A DNA stretch of 64,000 nucleotides from Steroidobacteraceae bacterium (GTDB taxonomy: Bacteria > Pseudomonadota > Gammaproteobacteria > Steroidobacterales > Steroidobacteraceae): contig DASVWT010000308.1 in NCBI GenBank assembly GCA_036393055.1, positions 5,657-69,656 on the forward strand, read 5' to 3'. Shown here one piece after another: positions 61,127 through 64,000 of this stretch. Both the position numbers and the translations under genes were made by a program. Each line of letters opens with the position of its first letter. The stretch's first letter is position 1. The notes under the pieces were generated by a model. It worked only from the letters and a program-made list of their open reading frames with translations. It was not told the DNA's origin and did not search any database.

Positions 61127-61992
61127 TGCGCGCGGAGAGAATCGACTGGCCGAACGGCGCCCGGATCGCCCTCTCGATCGTCGTCAACGTCGAGGAGGGC
61201 TCGGAAATGACCGTGGCGCGCGGCGATCGTGGCATGGAGCCGGTCGATGAGCTCGGCATCCACGTCAGGTCCCCAATCAGGAACTACGGCAACGAGTCCA
61301 ACTATCTCTACGGCATAAAGGCCGGTGCGCCGCGGGTCGTGGAGTTGCTCCGCCGCCATGGCGTGATGGCCAGCTGGACGGTCGCCGCCATGAGCCTGGA
61401 GACTTACCCGGAGCTCGCGCGCGCCATCGCCGATCTCGGCCACGAGCCGGTGAGCCACGGGTGGCGCTGGGTGCACCAGTTCAAGATGAGCGAGTCCGAG
61501 GAGGCGCAGTTCATCGACCGGGCCGTCAGCTCCATCGAGAAATCCACGGGCACGCGGCCCTACGGCTGGCTGAGCCGGTATCTGCACACCGACCGCACGC
61601 GCCGGCTGCTGATCGAGCGCGGGTTCGAGTACCACATGGACGATTATTCGGGCGATGTCCCCTTCTGGGATCGGGAGACCGCTCCGGGAAGACCCATCGT
61701 AGTCGTTCCTTACCAGCTCGATACCAACGACATGAAGATGTGGACCGATCCGTCGCTGACGCCGCGGTCCTGGCTCGACTACGCGACGCAGTGCTTCGAT
61801 CAGCTCTATCGGGAAGGCGAGGCCGGCAATCCGAAGATGATGTCGCTCGGGCTGCACCTGCGCATCATCGGCCGGCCGGGGCGGATCTGGGCACTGGAGG
61901 AGTTCCTGCGACACGTTACCGGACGCGGTGGAGTATGGATCGCGGCCCGGCGCGAGATCGCGCGCCACTTCGCGAGCGTGTGCCCGGCATGA
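61126..61992 (+). CDS. polysaccharide-deacetylase-fold hydrolase (PuuE allantoinase-like)
   Basis: Part of ORF 60394..61992; start ATG 61126 (TGATG overlap). IALSIVVNVEEGSE, HEPVSHGWRW, PYQLDTNDMK, GLHLRIIGRPGR. Confidence 0.75.
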   Translation: MRAERIDWPNGARIALSIVVNVEEGSEMTVARGDRGMEPVDELGIHVRSPIRNYGNESNYLYGIKAGAPRVVELLRRHGVMASWTVAAMSLETYPELARAIADLGHEPVSHGWRWVHQFKMSESEEAQFIDRAVSSIEKSTGTRPYGWLSRYLHTDRTRRLLIERGFEYHMDDYSGDVPFWDRETAPGRPIVVVPYQLDTNDMKMWTDPSLTPRSWLDYATQCFDQLYREGEAGNPKMMSLGLHLRIIGRPGRIWALEEFLRHVTGRGGVWIAARREIARHFASVCPA

Positions 61993-62786
61993 GCGGGCTC
62001 CTGCGGCTCGAGTTGGCGCCACCGCTCGCGCGCATCAAGATCGATCGGTTGCCGAGGAAGAATGCGTTCAACCACGCGATGTGGGAGTTGCTCCCGACCC
62101 TCCTCGAGCAATGCGTTGACGATCCGGAAACGCGGGTGATCGTCATGCAGTCGTCGGCACCGGGCGCCTTTTCGGCCGGTGCCGACATAAGTGAGTTCTC
62201 GAGCCGCGCCTCGAACCCGGAGTGGATGGCTGCCAATCAGGCGGCAATCCGGCGCGCGCAGCGGGATCTCGCGCGTGTCGCGAAACCCACCCTGGCGCTG
62301 ATCGAAGGCGACTGCGTTGGCGGCGGCTGCGGGCTGGCCTTGGCATGCGACATCCGGGTGGCATCTCCTGCCGCAAGATTCGGTATTCCAGCTGCGAAAC
62401 TGGGGCTGAGCTACTCCCTGCACGATACCAAGCTACTGGTGGACCTCGTCGGGCCCTCGCAGGCCAAGCGCCTGCTCTTCAGCGGTCAATTGGTCCCGGC
62501 AGCCGAAGCGCAACGGATAGGCCTGGTGGATCTGGTGTGCGAGGATGTCCCTGAGCAGGCTGCGACGCTGGCGAACGCGATTGCGAGTGCTTCGCCGGCG
62601 GCAATTGCGGTCATCAAATCGGTGATACGCGAGATTCTCGATGGCCAGGCGGACGATGACGCACGAACCCGGCACAGGTTCGAGGCAGCTTTCACCTCGG
62701 AGGACTTCAAGGAAGGCGTTGCCGCATTCCTCGAGAAACGCCCGCCTCGCTTTCACGCGCTGCGGCGGAACGCGCCCGTCGAATAG
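61989..62786 (+). CDS. enoyl-CoA hydratase/isomerase (crotonase) family protein
   Basis: Part of ORF 61461..62786; start ATG 61989 (ATGA overlap). KNAFNHAMW, GAFSAGADISEF, GDCVGGGCGLALACDIRV, FKEGVAAFLEKRPPRF. Confidence 0.9.
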   Translation: MSGLLRLELAPPLARIKIDRLPRKNAFNHAMWELLPTLLEQCVDDPETRVIVMQSSAPGAFSAGADISEFSSRASNPEWMAANQAAIRRAQRDLARVAKPTLALIEGDCVGGGCGLALACDIRVASPAARFGIPAAKLGLSYSLHDTKLLVDLVGPSQAKRLLFSGQLVPAAEAQRIGLVDLVCEDVPEQAATLANAIASASPAAIAVIKSVIREILDGQADDDARTRHRFEAAFTSEDFKEGVAAFLEKRPPRFHALRRNAPVE

Positions 62787-63982
62787 TTGATGCCGTAGCA
62801 GTCAACGACACGGATGCCGTTGCGGCCACCGCGCTTGGCGGCGTAGAGCGCCTCGTCCGCAAGCTGCAATGCGCCTTCGGCGCTGCGGCCGGCCCGCGGA
62901 CTGACGATCGACACCCCGATGCTCACCGTGACGACGCCTGCGGGCGAGTCGTCATGCTGGATTGCGAGCGCCTGCACGCTCTCCCGCAACTCCTCGGCGA
63001 TCTCGCGCACGTGCTCGGCGCCGAGGTCGTAGAGCGCCACCAGGAACTCCTCTCCGCCATAGCGCGCCGCGATGTCGAGCGGCCGGCGCGCGAAGCGCTG
63101 CGCCACGTGCGCGACGCGCTGCAGCGCCGCATCGCCTGCCTGGTGACCATAACGGTCGTTGTACGCTTTGAAATGATCGACATCGATGAGGAGGAGCGAC
63201 AGCGCACGGCGATCACGAATCGCCTGCTGCCACAGACGCGCATAGTCGTCATCGAAGGCTCCGCGGTTCTTCAGGCCCGTGAGGCCATCGCGCGCCACCA
63301 TCTCGCTCAGGAGCCCGCGCTCCAGAAAGGACGTGCGCAACTGCCGCTCGACGCCCTGATAAACGAACGCGCCGACCGCGCTCGTGATCGCCAGTTCCGC
63401 CGCGTAATAAGCCACATCGGCGGCGGGCCAACCGGCCTGCGCCAGCGTGAGGACGACCGCGGCAACCATGCAGGTGTTGACTGCCACTGCTTCGCGGAAG
63501 GCCTGCCCGCCGAAGAAGCTCGCGATGCTGAACGCGGTGAGGAAACAAAAAGGGTCCGGATGTCCGGCGCCGTGCCGGCCTGCGATGCCGCAGGCGGACA
63601 CAATGGCGATGACCGGAAGGAGGAGCCTCGCCGCGGGCGAGTACACCCTCTTGTAGAGACGCTCGCTGGAGGCAACCACCAGTGCCACGCACGCTGGAAT
63701 CACCAGTCCGACCCAGCCGAGGGCCACATCGCCCAACGGCACGCCTTCCAACACGATCAGTTTGACCGCGGCGGCGATCGCGAGCAGTCCCAGCGCAAGC
63801 TGGAAGAACCGCACGCGTGTGCGCGAGCGCGTTAAGTAAAACTCCTGGAAAGAGCGCTCCAGATCGGAGGCGAAGCGCATGTCCGGGAAACCGCGGCGCA
63901 GCTCCTGCGCATACGCGGATTCCGGAAAGCTCTCGTGCTCGAGCGGCTCGGGGACCTTCATCGCGGACGCAATGTAGCTCAC
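62753..63982 (-). CDS. membrane-anchored diguanylate cyclase (GGDEF domain)
   Basis: 409 aa (GTG 63982; ATG 63961 alternative). About 5-6 N-terminal TM helices, then DGLTGLKNRGAF..IDVDHFKAYNDRYGHQAGD..RPLDIAARYGGEEF (RxxD I-site 5 residues before GGEEF). Confidence 0.9.
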   Translation of the reverse strand: MSYIASAMKVPEPLEHESFPESAYAQELRRGFPDMRFASDLERSFQEFYLTRSRTRVRFFQLALGLLAIAAAVKLIVLEGVPLGDVALGWVGLVIPACVALVVASSERLYKRVYSPAARLLLPVIAIVSACGIAGRHGAGHPDPFCFLTAFSIASFFGGQAFREAVAVNTCMVAAVVLTLAQAGWPAADVAYYAAELAITSAVGAFVYQGVERQLRTSFLERGLLSEMVARDGLTGLKNRGAFDDDYARLWQQAIRDRRALSLLLIDVDHFKAYNDRYGHQAGDAALQRVAHVAQRFARRPLDIAARYGGEEFLVALYDLGAEHVREIAEELRESVQALAIQHDDSPAGVVTVSIGVSIVSPRAGRSAEGALQLADEALYAAKRGGRNGIRVVDCYGINYSTGAFRRSA

Positions 63983-64000
63983 GCGGCCGCCACTGAATGT

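Noticed and set aside
1-64000. Search for rRNA, tRNA, CRISPR arrays, transposases, integrases, phage genes or defence systems.
   Set aside because: Non-coding stretches are short (the longest are about 240 and 440 bp) and show no cloverleaf-type or direct-repeat/spacer structure. No ORF shows DDE, tyrosine-recombinase, helicase or nuclease motifs. The only mobile- or defence-like trace is the truncated DUF4143-type ATPase remnant.

Overview
GC-rich, almost fully coding segment (about 60 genes) from a Gram-negative bacterium, judged from its TonB-dependent receptors and a Tat signal. I saw no rRNA, tRNA, CRISPR array, transposase or integrase. The window is a paralog-rich catabolic supercluster. 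It holds 3 TonB-dependent receptors (one frameshifted), 4 MFS transporters, 3 GntR/HutC-type regulators and 1 LysR regulator. It also holds 3 aldehyde dehydrogenases, 3 family-III CoA-transferases plus one remnant, 2 MmgE/PrpD proteins, 2 nitrilase-superfamily proteins and 2 VOC proteins. Other enzymes are a hydantoinase, an amidase, a PuuE-like deacetylase, a LeuCD-like dehydratase, HMG-CoA-lyase-like and CitE-like lyases, a MaoC hydratase, an acyl-CoA dehydrogenase, a PaaK-like ligase and a GGDEF protein. Genes sit in long operons with many 4-nt (ATGA/GTGA/CTGA) or 1-nt (TGATG) start/stop overlaps. Main observations: (1) A pair of an N-terminally extended SAM-methyltransferase-like protein and a ~100-120 aa helical partner recurs; there are 4 copies of each family, and 3 pairs are translationally coupled. 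I do not recognise this pair as a described system. (2) A 12-bp palindrome, TTGTCCGGACAA, occurs at 7 sites in 6 control regions, 5 of them abutting -10-like hexamers, and defines a local regulon. (3) Two paralogous MFS genes each follow a conserved promoter-operator and a 9-10 codon leader uORF, and start at a weak codon overlapping the uORF stop. (4) By-eye alignment suggests catalytic-residue substitutions in both nitrilase-superfamily proteins, both alpha/beta-hydrolases and a racemase-superfamily protein. (5) A gene-decay zone lies at 25.1-28.5 kb. Functional calls rest on motifs read in the translations; no database search was possible.
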